From positions 2,592,001 through 2,656,000 of the forward strand of contig OZ241875.1 in the NCBI GenBank assembly GCA_965203325.1: a stretch of DNA of 64,000 bases, read 5' to 3'. Under the pieces are notes generated by a model that saw only the letters and a list, made by a program, of their open reading frames with translations, was not told the origin of the DNA and did not search any database. Of the stretch, positions 10,199-20,253 are shown piece after piece. Numbering within the stretch: position 1 is the first letter of the stretch; each line of letters opens with the position of its first letter. Made by a program: the position numbers and the translations under genes. This DNA comes from a bacterium. Its GTDB lineage: Bacteria; UBA8248.

Positions 10199-12148
10199 AT
10201 GGAGACAGTAGCCGTGCGCGATGACACCCGAAGTAACTGGCTCGACCGCTTCGTCACCCGGACCACGGCCATTCCGCTGCCCCGGGACTTGCGCTCGAAG
10301 GGACTCCGGGCCGTCGTAACGCTGGTTTCCGTCGCGTTTTCCCTGCTCTATATCTACTACGCCGGGTTCGGGTATTTCTCGCCCGAGAGCTTCATCTCGG
10401 GATACCTGGGTTTCACCTTCGTCCTGGTTTTCATCCTTTTTCCGGGGTCTGATAAATCGCCGCGCGACCGGATTACCACAGTCGACGGGATTTTGGTGTT
10501 GAGCACCATCGCGGTCACCTACCATTACAACGTCTACTTCCCCATCCGCTACATCGAGCGGTTCGGCGAGGCGCTCGCGCACGACGTGGTTTTCGGCATC
10601 ATGGCCATCGTTCTGGCCCTGGAGGCCTGCCGTCGCACGCTGGGCCCCGCCCTCCCGCTGATCTCGCTCGCCTTGATCGGGTATTCCCTTTTCGGCCCCT
10701 ACTTTCCGGGTCATCTGACGCACCAGGGGATCAGCGTCTGGGATACCGCGGCATGGCTTTACAGCAACCAGTCGATCTACGGCGTCATCACGCGGATTTT
10801 TGCGAGTTTCGTATTTCTCTTCATCGTGTTCGGCGCGATTCTGGAGATGTCGGGCGGCAAGGAGCTCTTCCTCAATCTCCCGCTCTCGATTATCGGGCGG
10901 ACGCGGGGAGGCTCGGCGAAGCTGAGCGCCGTGGCGAGCGCGCTCTTCGGCATGATATCCGGGAGTCCCACGGCGAACATCGTGGGCACCGGAACGCTCA
11001 CCATCCCGCTGATGAAGCGCTCCGGGTTCCCGCCGCACGTCTCGGCCGCTTTCGAGGCCACGGCCTCGACCATCGGGGTGACCATGCCCCCGCTGATGGG
11101 CGCGGCCATATTCCTCATGGCGGATTTCACGGGAATTCCCTATCTGGAAATCGTCAAGGTATCCATACTGCCCTCGCTGCTGTTCATGCTCTCCCTCCTG
11201 GCGGTGGCCCACGTGTACGCCCGGAAGGCGGGCATCGAGGGGTTGCCGCCCGAGGAGCTGGGGGATCCATGGGAGATACTCAAAAACTACTGGACCTTCG
11301 CGGTTCCCCTGGGTCTCATCTTCTACATGCTCGGATCGGGCTACAGCCCGGATTACGCCGTGTTCGTCGCTATTCTGGGAGTGGCGGGAGCGAGTCTCCT
11401 CTCCAGGCACACGCGCCTGACGATTCCCCAATGGGGCAAAATCCTGGAAGTCGGCGCCCGGAGGTCGCTCACCGTCGGCGGATTGGCCGGATGCCTGGGC
11501 ATCATCATCGGGATCGTGTTCCGAACGGGAATCGGGACCAAGCTCTCGATTCTGGTGGTCGACCTGTCCGGCGGATATCTCATTCTCGCTGTTTTGCTGA
11601 CCGCCCTGGTGACGTTCGTGCTGGGGATGGGCGTCTCCTCCATCACGGCAGACTACCTCCTCCTTTCGGTGCTGATCGCGCCGGCGCTGATTGAACTCGG
11701 CGCCACGCCCATGGCGGCCCACCTTTTGATCATCTGGTATTCGCAGACCTCGAACCTGACGCCTCCGGTCTGCGGCGGCGCCTTCACCGCGGCCGCCATC
11801 GCGGGCGCTCACCCCTGGAGGACGGGGTTTTTCGCCTTCCGGATCGGGCTGTTCATCTACCTCATCCCCATCGCCTTCGTTTTCGGCGACCTCCTGAATC
11901 CGGGGCTGAATTTTTCCTTCTTCTGGACGCTTCTGACGGCGGCCCTCTCGGCGATTTGCTTCGGCGGCGCCGTCATCGGCTACCTGACGGGCACCTTGAA
12001 TCTATGGCAGAGGTTCCTGCTCGCGGCGGCGACGATCGCCTTGTTCGAACCGCACCTGCTCCTGGATTTCATCGGGGTGGTCCTCCTGGCGCTGGTGATA
12101 GGGTGGCAAATTCTCGGGAGTAGGGGGGAGAATCAGGAGGCCGCATGA
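10199..12148 (+). CDS. TRAP transporter fused 4TM/12TM permease (TAXI type)
   Basis: GMISGSPTANIVGTGTLTIPLMKRSG, EATAST, PPLMGAAIF, TPPV motifs; highly hydrophobic. Confidence 0.93.
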   Translation: METVAVRDDTRSNWLDRFVTRTTAIPLPRDLRSKGLRAVVTLVSVAFSLLYIYYAGFGYFSPESFISGYLGFTFVLVFILFPGSDKSPRDRITTVDGILVLSTIAVTYHYNVYFPIRYIERFGEALAHDVVFGIMAIVLALEACRRTLGPALPLISLALIGYSLFGPYFPGHLTHQGISVWDTAAWLYSNQSIYGVITRIFASFVFLFIVFGAILEMSGGKELFLNLPLSIIGRTRGGSAKLSAVASALFGMISGSPTANIVGTGTLTIPLMKRSGFPPHVSAAFEATASTIGVTMPPLMGAAIFLMADFTGIPYLEIVKVSILPSLLFMLSLLAVAHVYARKAGIEGLPPEELGDPWEILKNYWTFAVPLGLIFYMLGSGYSPDYAVFVAILGVAGASLLSRHTRLTIPQWGKILEVGARRSLTVGGLAGCLGIIIGIVFRTGIGTKLSILVVDLSGGYLILAVLLTALVTFVLGMGVSSITADYLLLSVLIAPALIELGATPMAAHLLIIWYSQTSNLTPPVCGGAFTAAAIAGAHPWRTGFFAFRIGLFIYLIPIAFVFGDLLNPGLNFSFFWTLLTAALSAICFGGAVIGYLTGTLNLWQRFLLAAATIALFEPHLLLDFIGVVLLALVIGWQILGSRGENQEAA

Positions 12149-12185
12149 AGTTCCCGGATATGGCTGAACCAATGTTCCGTGGAGG

Positions 12186-14237
12186 GTGTATCGGTTGTTT
12201 ACGTTAGGCGTCGACATCGGTGGGACGTTTACCGATCTGGTGGCGGTCGATCCCGAGCGCGACGAGGTGCGGACGGGAAAGATCCCCTCGGTTTCGGATG
12301 AACCCGCAGGGGCCATCCTGGCGTGCCTGCGGGACCTCGGGCTCGAAGGCGAGGAACTGGAGCGGATGATCCATGGAACCACCGTCGCCACCAATGCGCT
12401 CCTGGAGCGGCGCGGCGCCGTGACGGCGCTGGTGACCACGCGCGGGTTCCGGGACGCCGTCGAAATCGGAAGGTGCCGACGGCTGGTCGAGGGCGGCATG
12501 TTCAACATCGGGTTCCGCCGCCCGCCGCCTCTGGTTCCCCGGAACCTCAGGGAAGAGGTGGACGAGCGCCTCCGGGCGAACGGAAGCGTCGAAGCCTCGC
12601 CCCGGCCGGAAGAGTTCCAGAAAGTAGTGGAAAATTTGAAGCGAGAAGGCGTCGAGGCGGTGGCGGTGTGTTTTCTTCACTCCTACGAGAACCCGGAGCA
12701 CGAGGAAGTCGTCGGGCGGTGGTTGCGGGACCGGTTGGGGCCTGAGGTCTACATCTCGCTTTCAAGCTCCGTGAACCCCCAGTACCGCGAGTTCGAGCGG
12801 TTCTCCACGACTGTGGTGAACGCCTATGTCGGTCCGGCGGTGGGGCGGTATCTCTCGAAACTCCGGGACGAAGATATCGGGAAGCTGGACAACCGGAGCA
12901 TTTACATCATGGGTTCGGCGGGCGGCGTGATGGATATCGACACGGCGGAGGACTTTCCGGTGCGGACCATCTTTTCGGGCCCCGCCGGCGGGGTCACCGC
13001 GGGGCGCTTTATCTCCGGGGAACTCGAACTGCCGAATCTCATCACCTGCGACATGGGCGGAACGAGCGCAGACGTCGCCCTGCTCCTCAGAGACCGGATT
13101 CTGTACGCCGGAGACGCCGTCATCTCGGGGGTACCCGTCCGCGCCGCCCAGCTCGAGATTAAAACCGTCGGCGCGGGAGCCGGTAGCATCGTGTGGGTCG
13201 ACGTCGACGGGGCGCTTTGCGTGGGACCCAGGAGCGCGGGCTCCTCGCCGGGTCCCGCCTGTTATGGATTCGGGGGAGTGGAGCCCACCGTCACCGACGC
13301 GAACGTCATCCTGAACCGGATCGGAGACGGCGCCCTTCTCGGCGGGAAAATACGGGTGGACGCCTCGCTGGCGCGAGAGGCAATGGCCCCGGTGCGGGAG
13401 GGGCTCGATTTCGGCTCGCCCGAAGAGCTGGCCGAAGGGGCGCTGAAAATTCTCGTGGCCCGGACGGTTCGGCTCATCCGCGAGATCTCGCTCGAACGGG
13501 GATTCGACCCGCGCGAATTCGCTTTCGCGGCCTTTGGCGGCGCAGGTCCCATGCACGCCGCGGCCATCGCGGATGAACTCGATATGGAAACGGTCGTGGT
13601 TCCGTCTCACCCGGGGAATTTTTCCGCCCTGGGACTCGTGATGGCGAAGATGCGCCGGGATGCGACCGCCACCTACCTCGAACGCTCCTCCACCCTCGAC
13701 TTGGCGGACCTGCGCGGCCGGCTCGGGGAGATGGCCAGGAGGGTCGAAAATCGCCTCCTTGCAGACGGCGTGCGGGAGGAGAGTATCTCCTTGTCGTGTT
13801 TTCTGGAGATGCGCTGTCTTGGGCAGGCTCACGAGATTCCCGTTCCCTTAGGATCGTCACCGGAGCGGGTGGATCTGCCGGCCATCGAGGGCGCCTTCGG
13901 CAAGATTTATGCCGAGCGCTACGGCCGCGACCCGGACCCCGCGACCGAATGGGAGGTGATCTCCATCCAGATCATCGGCGAGGGAGAAGTCCGGGCGTAT
14001 CCGGCGAATACCTGGCGGGCAAAGTGCGGAGGCGGCGAGAGTCCCAGGGAGATCAGGGAAGTCTGGTTTGAGGGGAAGTGGCGCGAAACTTCCGTATATG
14101 AGCGAAGCGAGGTTGGGCCTGGAGCGGTTGTGGAAGGTCCCGTCATCATCGAGGAGAGTGGAGCCACGACGGTAATTCCACCGGGGTGGCGCGCCACGAC
14201 CCACGAGAGCGGGCATCTTCTGCTGCAACGCCGGTAG
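12186..14237 (+). CDS. Hydantoinase/oxoprolinase subunit A (N-methylhydantoinase A-like)
   Basis: GVDIGGTFTD, HGTTVATNALLER, SGPAGG, DMGGTSAD, GGAGPMHA. Confidence 0.95.
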   Translation: MYRLFTLGVDIGGTFTDLVAVDPERDEVRTGKIPSVSDEPAGAILACLRDLGLEGEELERMIHGTTVATNALLERRGAVTALVTTRGFRDAVEIGRCRRLVEGGMFNIGFRRPPPLVPRNLREEVDERLRANGSVEASPRPEEFQKVVENLKREGVEAVAVCFLHSYENPEHEEVVGRWLRDRLGPEVYISLSSSVNPQYREFERFSTTVVNAYVGPAVGRYLSKLRDEDIGKLDNRSIYIMGSAGGVMDIDTAEDFPVRTIFSGPAGGVTAGRFISGELELPNLITCDMGGTSADVALLLRDRILYAGDAVISGVPVRAAQLEIKTVGAGAGSIVWVDVDGALCVGPRSAGSSPGPACYGFGGVEPTVTDANVILNRIGDGALLGGKIRVDASLAREAMAPVREGLDFGSPEELAEGALKILVARTVRLIREISLERGFDPREFAFAAFGGAGPMHAAAIADELDMETVVVPSHPGNFSALGLVMAKMRRDATATYLERSSTLDLADLRGRLGEMARRVENRLLADGVREESISLSCFLEMRCLGQAHEIPVPLGSSPERVDLPAIEGAFGKIYAERYGRDPDPATEWEVISIQIIGEGEVRAYPANTWRAKCGGGESPREIREVWFEGKWRETSVYERSEVGPGAVVEGPVIIEESGATTVIPPGWRATTHESGHLLLQRR

Positions 14238-14270
14238 GATGAGCAAAGGCGAGATTCACACCCCCTTGAG

Positions 14271-14482
14271 GGGGTTGTTGAAAAAGCCTCGATTGCGCAC
14301 TTCGGCGTATGGATGCCGAAGATTCGCCACCGACATTGTAGGTCGGACATATATGTCCAACATATTATGCGACCCGTGGTTTGTCGGCGAAAGACAGGGC
14401 CGCATATATGCGGCCCCTACGGGGCGAACCCGTTCAGTGCGAGAGGGTCAAACCCGACTGGGAGGGCTTTTCCAACAGCCCC
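14271..14482. mobile_element. MITE-like element: TIRs enclosing GTAG-type REP palindromes
   Basis: GGGGTTGTTGAAAAAGCC ... GGCTTTTCCAACAGCCCC; interior GTAGGTCGGACATATATGTCCAAC and GGGCCGCATATATGCGGCCCCTAC. Confidence 0.75.
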
Positions 14483-14566
14483 GCATGGAAGGATTTCAAA
14501 CATTTTCGAGGCCGGCCGGAAAATTTCGCTGGAATTGCGGCCTGCCATGAACGAAGAGGTGGAGAG

Positions 14567-15856
14567 ATGACTTCAAAAAAAGGGACGGACTTCCTCGAAA
14601 GGGCCCGTGCTTCACTACCTGGCGGCTGGCTCGGGGACCTGACGCTTCCAGAAGAGATGATGCTCATCGCTTCCCGCGGAGAAGGGAGCCGTCTGTATGA
14701 CGTGGATGGGCGCGGTTACCTCGATTTCACGATGGGCGGGGGGTCCCTGATTCTGGGCCACGCGCACCCGGCCATCCTCGAGGCGGTGCGAAGGCAGATG
14801 GAACTCGGCTCCACCTACTATACGCTGAGTGACCGCTCCATCGAGTTGGCCGAGGAACTGGTGAAGGCGATTCCCTGCGCGGAACTGGTGCGTTTCGCCT
14901 CAACGGGCGGGGAGGCCACGTTCTACGCGCTGCGGCTGGCGCGCGCCTTCACCGGCAAGGAGAAAATTCTGAAATTCGAAGGGAGCTACATCGGCCACAG
15001 CGACTACGGAATGATGAGCGTTTCCCCTCCGCGCCCGAACCTGTATCCGTCTCACCATCCCGATTCGGCCGGAATTCCCGCAGCGATTCAGGAACTGGTC
15101 ATCACGGCGCCCTTCAATAACGCCGATATCGCCTGCGGGCTGGTGGAAGAGCACGCCGGGGAACTTGCCGCCGTGATCGTCGAGCCCGTTCAGCGCGCCA
15201 TTCCCCCGGCCCCGGGTTTTCTCGAGCAGCTTCGACAGGTGACGGCCGAGCGCGGGGTGCTGCTCGTATATGATGAGGTGGTGACCGGATTCCGGCTGGC
15301 CTACGGCGGGGCGCAGGAGTATTTCGGCGTCGTTCCCGATCTGGCGGCTTACGGCAAAGCCGTCGCGTGCGGATTTCCCTTGTCGGCGGTCGCGGGACGG
15401 GCGGACGTGATGGAGCTGGCGGATCCCGCCCGAAAGGGGGAGCCCGAGTACGTCTACATCAGCGGTACGCTCTCGGGTAACCCGGTGTGCGCCGCCGCAG
15501 CGCTCGCCACCCTGGAAGAATTGTCCCGGCCCGGCGTCTACGACGGCTTGCGCGACATGGGGGACAGGTACCGCGGGGAGCTTGCGGCGTTGTTCGACGA
15601 ACACGGAGTTCCGGCCTGGGTGCAGGGAGTCGGGCCCTTTTTCCAGGTATTCTTCACGCCGAATCCGGTTACGGACTACCGGGGGCAGACGCAGGCGGAC
15701 AGGAAGCGGTTCGAATCATTCGTCCGAAAAATGTTCGCGCAGGGTATTTTCATGAGCCGCAGGGCCAAGAACTATCTTTCCACGGCCCACGGCGAACCGG
15801 ACCTTGGCGAGTTCCTCGAAGCGGCGCGAGCCGTATGCGCCGGAGGCCTCGATTGA
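14567..15856 (+). CDS. Class-III PLP aminotransferase (glutamate-1-semialdehyde aminomutase-like)
   Basis: YDVDGRGYLDF, ILGHAHP, YDEVVTGFR, YGKAVACGFP (PLP lysine), GTLSGNP; ATG 14567 after GGAGAG. Confidence 0.9.
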   Translation: MTSKKGTDFLERARASLPGGWLGDLTLPEEMMLIASRGEGSRLYDVDGRGYLDFTMGGGSLILGHAHPAILEAVRRQMELGSTYYTLSDRSIELAEELVKAIPCAELVRFASTGGEATFYALRLARAFTGKEKILKFEGSYIGHSDYGMMSVSPPRPNLYPSHHPDSAGIPAAIQELVITAPFNNADIACGLVEEHAGELAAVIVEPVQRAIPPAPGFLEQLRQVTAERGVLLVYDEVVTGFRLAYGGAQEYFGVVPDLAAYGKAVACGFPLSAVAGRADVMELADPARKGEPEYVYISGTLSGNPVCAAAALATLEELSRPGVYDGLRDMGDRYRGELAALFDEHGVPAWVQGVGPFFQVFFTPNPVTDYRGQTQADRKRFESFVRKMFAQGIFMSRRAKNYLSTAHGEPDLGEFLEAARAVCAGGLD

Positions 15857-15858
15857 TC

Positions 15859-17919
15859 ATGAGCGACAGCCGGACGATTCATGAGAACGCCTCGGCCGAC
15901 GCCGTCACCATCTCGGTCATTCAGGAACTCCTCGTCTCCGTGGTCCGCGAGATGCGGGTTACTTTTTCGAGAAGCGCCTTCTCGTCGATCATCAACGAAG
16001 GACACGATTTCTCCTGCGCCCTTCTTTCGCCGGAGGGAGATTTGGTCGCCCAGTCGGAAGATCATCCCGGCCACATCTTCCCGATCTCCTACGCCGCCAG
16101 AGCGGTTTTCGAGCGCTACGCCGGCGACGTTCATCCGGGCGACGTTTTTCTCCTGAACGACCCCTATATTTGCGGAACCCACATGAACGACATGGCGATG
16201 TTCTGCCCCCGGTTTCACGATGGCCGCGCGCTCGCCTTCCCGGCGCTCCGCGCGCATTGGGGGGATGTCGGCGGCTCGGTGGCCGGCAGTCTCTCCGGTG
16301 ACGCCTCCCACATCTTCATGGAGGGAATGATCGTCCCGCCCATCCGCCTCTATTCCCGGGGCGAGCTGAACCAGGAATGCTTGGAGGTCGTTCTCCGGAA
16401 CATGCGGGGCCGCGAAGACAGGCATGGCGACCTGATGGCCATGCTCGGCACCTGCCGGCTGGCGCAGCGGCGCCTGGACGAAATCGAGGAGCGGTACGGA
16501 CGCGAAACGCTCCAGGCGGTGAACGACAATCTCATAGGCAGGGCGGAGAAACGGATGCGGGCGGCCATCAGCGCGCTGCCGGACGGGATATTCCACTACG
16601 AGAATTATATCGACAACAGCGGGACGGGCGCCGAGCCGCTCAGAATTTCACTTCGCCTCCAGATTAAAGAAGATCAAATCCACTGTGATTTCAGCGGTAC
16701 TTCCGGGCAGGTGAAAGGGCCTACGAATGCAGGCCCCGCCACGGTGGCCACGTCATGCTTCATGGTGCTGAAATCGCTTCTGGATCCGGCGCTTAGCGTA
16801 AATGCGGGTTGTTTCCGCCCGCTCACGATGGAAGCCCCGGAAGGGTCTATCCTCAATGCGGAATTTCCCGCTCCGTTCGGCGGCGCTTCCGACGTGCGGC
16901 GCACGATTGAATCGTGCGTTCTGGGCGCGGCGGTTCAGGCGATGCCCGACCTTGCGGCGGGCGACACGAAGGGGGCGGCCAACCACTGCTACATCGCCGG
17001 CAGCCAACCCGACTCGGGCGAAGCCTTCCTCTACTATGAATATCCGGCGGGGGGCACGGGCGCACTCGCGGGAAGCGATGGGGACCACGCCATCCGAACC
17101 TACACCGAAGGGGACTTCAACGCCGTCCAGCCGGTAGAGAGCCTGGAAGCCACGCTTCCGGTCCTCGTGGAGGAGAGCGGCCTTCGGGTCGGCTCCTGCG
17201 GCCACGGGGAGCGGCGTGGCGGTCTCGGAATGGAGCGGAGGGTCCGCCTGGAGACCGGCGGCGCAGGCCTCACCGTTTTGACGGACCGCGTGATCATTCC
17301 GCCCTACGGAGTGGACGGCGGGACCTCGGGTGGAGGAAACCGGTTCACGGTGCACCGGGAGGGTTCAGAGGTGGAGCCTTCAGGCGTCCCGGGGAAGGCC
17401 ACGGCCTTTCCGCTCAGGGAAGGCGACGCTGTCGTGCTGCGCTCCGCGGGTGGAGGAGGCTGGGGAGATCCGATCGTCCGCACGCCTGAGGCGGTGCTCG
17501 CCGACCTCCGGCTGGGATACATCACCGTGGAGGATGCGCGGGATGTCTATGGCGTGGTCCTGAAGGACGGGGCGATCGATGTGGCCGCGACCTCCTCTGC
17601 GCGGGAGCGGCTCAGAGAATCCAGGATTTATCTCACCGTCCGCCTGAATGACGAGGACGCCTACGGCGGCGCCAGGCGGCTTTGCCCGATGTCTCCCGAG
17701 ACGGCGAGCGAAGGCGGATTTTCAGAGGGGATGCTCGTAGAGTATGTCCCGGCGCGGGGAGCGCCGCTCAGAGCCTGGGTGAAGATCACGCCGGGGCTGC
17801 CCACGGGGGAAACTCCCTTCGGACCCGTCGCGGCGAGCATCCTGAAACTACGGGAGGAGGAGCGAATATGGCTCCGGCCGGTCCTGACGCCCTATTCGCA
17901 CCCCCCGTTGGCCTCGTGA
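15859..17919 (+). CDS. Hydantoinase/oxoprolinase subunit B with C-terminal extension
   Basis: NDPYICGTHMND, AHWGDVGG, SAGGGGWGDP motifs; ATG 15859 immediately after the aminotransferase stop. Confidence 0.93.
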   Translation: MSDSRTIHENASADAVTISVIQELLVSVVREMRVTFSRSAFSSIINEGHDFSCALLSPEGDLVAQSEDHPGHIFPISYAARAVFERYAGDVHPGDVFLLNDPYICGTHMNDMAMFCPRFHDGRALAFPALRAHWGDVGGSVAGSLSGDASHIFMEGMIVPPIRLYSRGELNQECLEVVLRNMRGREDRHGDLMAMLGTCRLAQRRLDEIEERYGRETLQAVNDNLIGRAEKRMRAAISALPDGIFHYENYIDNSGTGAEPLRISLRLQIKEDQIHCDFSGTSGQVKGPTNAGPATVATSCFMVLKSLLDPALSVNAGCFRPLTMEAPEGSILNAEFPAPFGGASDVRRTIESCVLGAAVQAMPDLAAGDTKGAANHCYIAGSQPDSGEAFLYYEYPAGGTGALAGSDGDHAIRTYTEGDFNAVQPVESLEATLPVLVEESGLRVGSCGHGERRGGLGMERRVRLETGGAGLTVLTDRVIIPPYGVDGGTSGGGNRFTVHREGSEVEPSGVPGKATAFPLREGDAVVLRSAGGGGWGDPIVRTPEAVLADLRLGYITVEDARDVYGVVLKDGAIDVAATSSARERLRESRIYLTVRLNDEDAYGGARRLCPMSPETASEGGFSEGMLVEYVPARGAPLRAWVKITPGLPTGETPFGPVAASILKLREEERIWLRPVLTPYSHPPLAS

Positions 17920-17944
17920 GCGGGCTGACAAACTTACCCCGTCT

Positions 17945-17970
17945 TCGGGCTTCCCCCTCGGGAAGCCCGA
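17945..17970 (+). terminator. Hairpin after the hydantoinase B gene
   Basis: TCGGGCTTCCC-CCTC-GGGAAGCCCGA perfect 11-bp stem; no U-tract. Confidence 0.5.
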
Positions 17971-17977
17971 CCTTCAA

Positions 17978-18237
17978 GGGGTTGTTGAAAAAGCCTGCTC
18001 CGGTCGGGGTTGCGGTTTTCCGCCGTCGTAGAGGGGACGCCCCTCTCGGCTTGAAAACCAACCCCCCCTACCCCCCCTTATCAGGGGGGTATGAAAAGGC
18101 GACGCCCGCCGCCGGCAGAGGGGCTTTTGTTTTTTCTTGCCCCCCTGATAAGGGGGGGTAGGGGGGGTGCCTTTATCCCCTGACAAGGGGGGTTTGGGAG
18201 TTACTCCCTTGACAAAGACTTTCTCAACACACCCCCC
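17978..18237. mobile_element. MITE-like element with CCCCCCTACCCCCCTT-type REP doublet
   Basis: GGGGTTGTTGAAAAAGCC ... GACTTTCTCAACAC; interior CCCCCCTACCCCCCCTTATCAGGGGGG / CCCCCCTGATAAGGGGGGGTAGGGGGGG inverted pair. Confidence 0.7.
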
Positions 18238-18335
18238 GGATCAAGGTTCCATGGCACTCCGTACACAATGAAGTACAATTCCTCCACACATCGAACCCAG
18301 CCAATAGAGACTTGATATTTCGGGAGGAAATGAAG

Positions 18336-18554
18336 ATGCCTCAGAAAGCGGATTATCTTGTAAGCGGGGGAACCGTTATCAAGGTGGACGAAGAGCGCCG
18401 TATTATTCGGGACGGGGCGGTCGCCATTCGAGGGGACCGAATCGCAGCCGTCGGGAAGGCGGAGGAGTTGAACCGGGAATTCACCGCTGGCCGCATGATT
18501 GACGCCAAGGGGAAACTCATCATGCCCGGTTTCGTGAATTCCCACATGCATTTT
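18336..18554 (+). pseudogene. N-terminal fragment of a metal-dependent amidohydrolase (deaminase-like)
   Basis: RBS GGAGGA; IIRDGAVAIRGDRIAAVG..IDAKGKLIMPGFVNSHMH, then amidohydrolase character stops right after the HxH motif. Confidence 0.8.
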
Positions 18555-18819
18555 CATCGATTCGAATGCGAACGGTGCAGAAGAACACGAAGCCGAAGCG
18601 AACCGGTGGGCTGCGGATTTCCTGATTCCGAGCGAGGATTGGGAGCGGTTCGTCGACATCGGTCCGAAAAGTGTCACTATTGTTCGGCGATTCGCGGAGG
18701 AACTAGGCATCGCTCCGGGCATCGTGGTCGGCAGGCTGCAGCATGAAGGCCGCCTGCCCTGGGGGCATCCTCTGAACAGGTTGAAGAGGCGCCTTAAATG
18801 GGCCAATGCTGATAGTTGA
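18550..18819 (+). pseudogene. C-terminal fragment of a HigA-like/ImmA-IrrE metallopeptidase-domain protein
   Basis: Hand translation in another frame: IFIDSNANGAEEHEAEANRWAADFLIP...FAEELGIAPGIVVGRLQHEGRLPW..LNRLKRRLKW*; no start codon of its own. Confidence 0.75.
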
Positions 18820-18866
18820 CCGAAGGTGGCGATAGGCGCGCACGGGATACAGGGTCACGGGAAGGT

Positions 18867-20253
18867 GAGTTACGCTCAAAACTTGTGTATGGGCTGAATT
18901 GAAGAAGGCGGCGCATCCTGCTGAAATAGGGTTTGCCAAATAGCCCGGTCATTCAGCACAAGGAGATGCGCCACCATGAGAGAAGATACGACGATTCCCA
19001 TGAAGAATCCAGCCCTACGGGACGAGTTGAGCGAACTGTTGCGCGCGGGCGCGCGACGAATCATCCGCCAGGCGGTGGAAGCGGAGTTGGCGGCGTTTCT
19101 CGAAGAATATGCGGGCGATCGTGACGCGCAGGGCCGCCGCGCGGTGGTTCGCAACGGGTATCTGCCGTCGCGGGAGGTGTTGACGGGAGTGGGTCCGGTG
19201 CGTGTCCAGGTGCCCCGGACGCGGGACAGGTCGGGGTCGGGGCGGCGTTTCCGCTCGGAGTTGCTGCCGCCGTATCTGCGCAAGACGCGGCGCGTGGAAG
19301 CGGTGATACCGTGGCTGTACCTGAAGGGGGTATCGACGAACGACTTCGGCGAGGCGCTCACGGCGCTGTTCGGCGAGTCGGTGGGGGGCTTGTCCCCGGC
19401 GAGCGTCTCGCGGCTCAAGGAGGGCTGGGAGCGCGAGTACGCGCAGTGGCGCGAGCGGGCGTGGCACGGGGAGGAGTTCGCGTATCTGTGGGCGGACGGC
19501 ATCTACGTGAACGTTCGCAGCGGGGAGCGGCGCTGCCTTCTGGTGGTCGTGGGCTGCGACGCGCGAGGCCGCAAGCGCTTCCTGGCCCTGGAGGCGGGGT
19601 TCCGTGAATCGAAGGAGAGCTGGAAGGCGGTTTTGTTGCGCCTGCGGGAGCGGGGCGTGAAGGCGGCGAAGCTCGCCGTGGGCGACGGGGGGCTGGGGTT
19701 GTGGTCGGCGCTGGCCGAGGTGTACCCCGGGACCCGGGCGCAGCGCTGCTGGGTGCACAAGACGGCGAACGTTCTCGACAAGCTGCCCAAGAGCGCTCAG
19801 GTCGAAGCGAGGCCGATGCTGTATGAGATGTGGAGGGCGGAGACCCGCGCGCATGCGGAGAAGGCGTTCGAACGCTTTCTCGCCACCTGGGAGGCGAAGT
19901 ATCCCAAGGCCGCCGCGTGCCTGTCGAGGGACCGCGAGGAGTTGTTCGCCTTCTACGACTTCCCGGCGGCGCACTGGCGGAGCATTCGGACGACGAACCC
20001 GATCGAGTCGACCTTCGCCACGATCCGGCTGCGAACGGCGAAGACGAGGAACTGCCTGAGCGAGAAGACGGCGCTGAGCCTGATTCACCAACTCGCCATG
20101 AGCGCCGAGAAGCGATGGGGGCGGCTGGGCGGCTTGCGCCAGCTGGCCGACGTGATCACCGACGTGAGGTTCATCGATGGGATGAACGAAAAACAAACCG
20201 GCAGGGAGGCCGCTGAACTCAAGACGGCCATACACAACATTTGACAGTAACTC
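18867..20253 (+). mobile_element. Complete IS256-family insertion sequence
   Basis: Imperfect TIRs GAGTTACGCTCAAAACTTGTGTATGG / CCATACACAACATTTGACAGTAACTC; 9-bp direct repeat CGGGAAGGT at 18858-18866 and 20254-20262. Confidence 0.95.
18976..20244 (+). CDS. IS256-family DDE transposase
   Basis: RNGY, VPRTRD, YLWADG, VGDGGLG, QRCWVHK, RTTNPIES motifs. Confidence 0.96.
   Translation: MREDTTIPMKNPALRDELSELLRAGARRIIRQAVEAELAAFLEEYAGDRDAQGRRAVVRNGYLPSREVLTGVGPVRVQVPRTRDRSGSGRRFRSELLPPYLRKTRRVEAVIPWLYLKGVSTNDFGEALTALFGESVGGLSPASVSRLKEGWEREYAQWRERAWHGEEFAYLWADGIYVNVRSGERRCLLVVVGCDARGRKRFLALEAGFRESKESWKAVLLRLRERGVKAAKLAVGDGGLGLWSALAEVYPGTRAQRCWVHKTANVLDKLPKSAQVEARPMLYEMWRAETRAHAEKAFERFLATWEAKYPKAAACLSRDREELFAFYDFPAAHWRSIRTTNPIESTFATIRLRTAKTRNCLSEKTALSLIHQLAMSAEKRWGRLGGLRQLADVITDVRFIDGMNEKQTGREAAELKTAIHNI

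Noticed and set aside
14381..14566. N-terminal extension of the aminotransferase ORF; likewise ORF 24710 and ORF 41441-42940
   Set aside because: These read through repeat elements; better starts with an RBS lie downstream, or the ORF is antisense to a real gene.
14567..15856. Calling the aminotransferase hemL
   Set aside because: It is GSA-aminomutase-like but embedded between hydantoinase subunits, so a catabolic paralogue is more likely; no symbol assigned.
18312..18746. Programmed frameshift or recoding to rescue the amidohydrolase
   Set aside because: The downstream frame encodes a different protein family, so a deletion junction explains it better.
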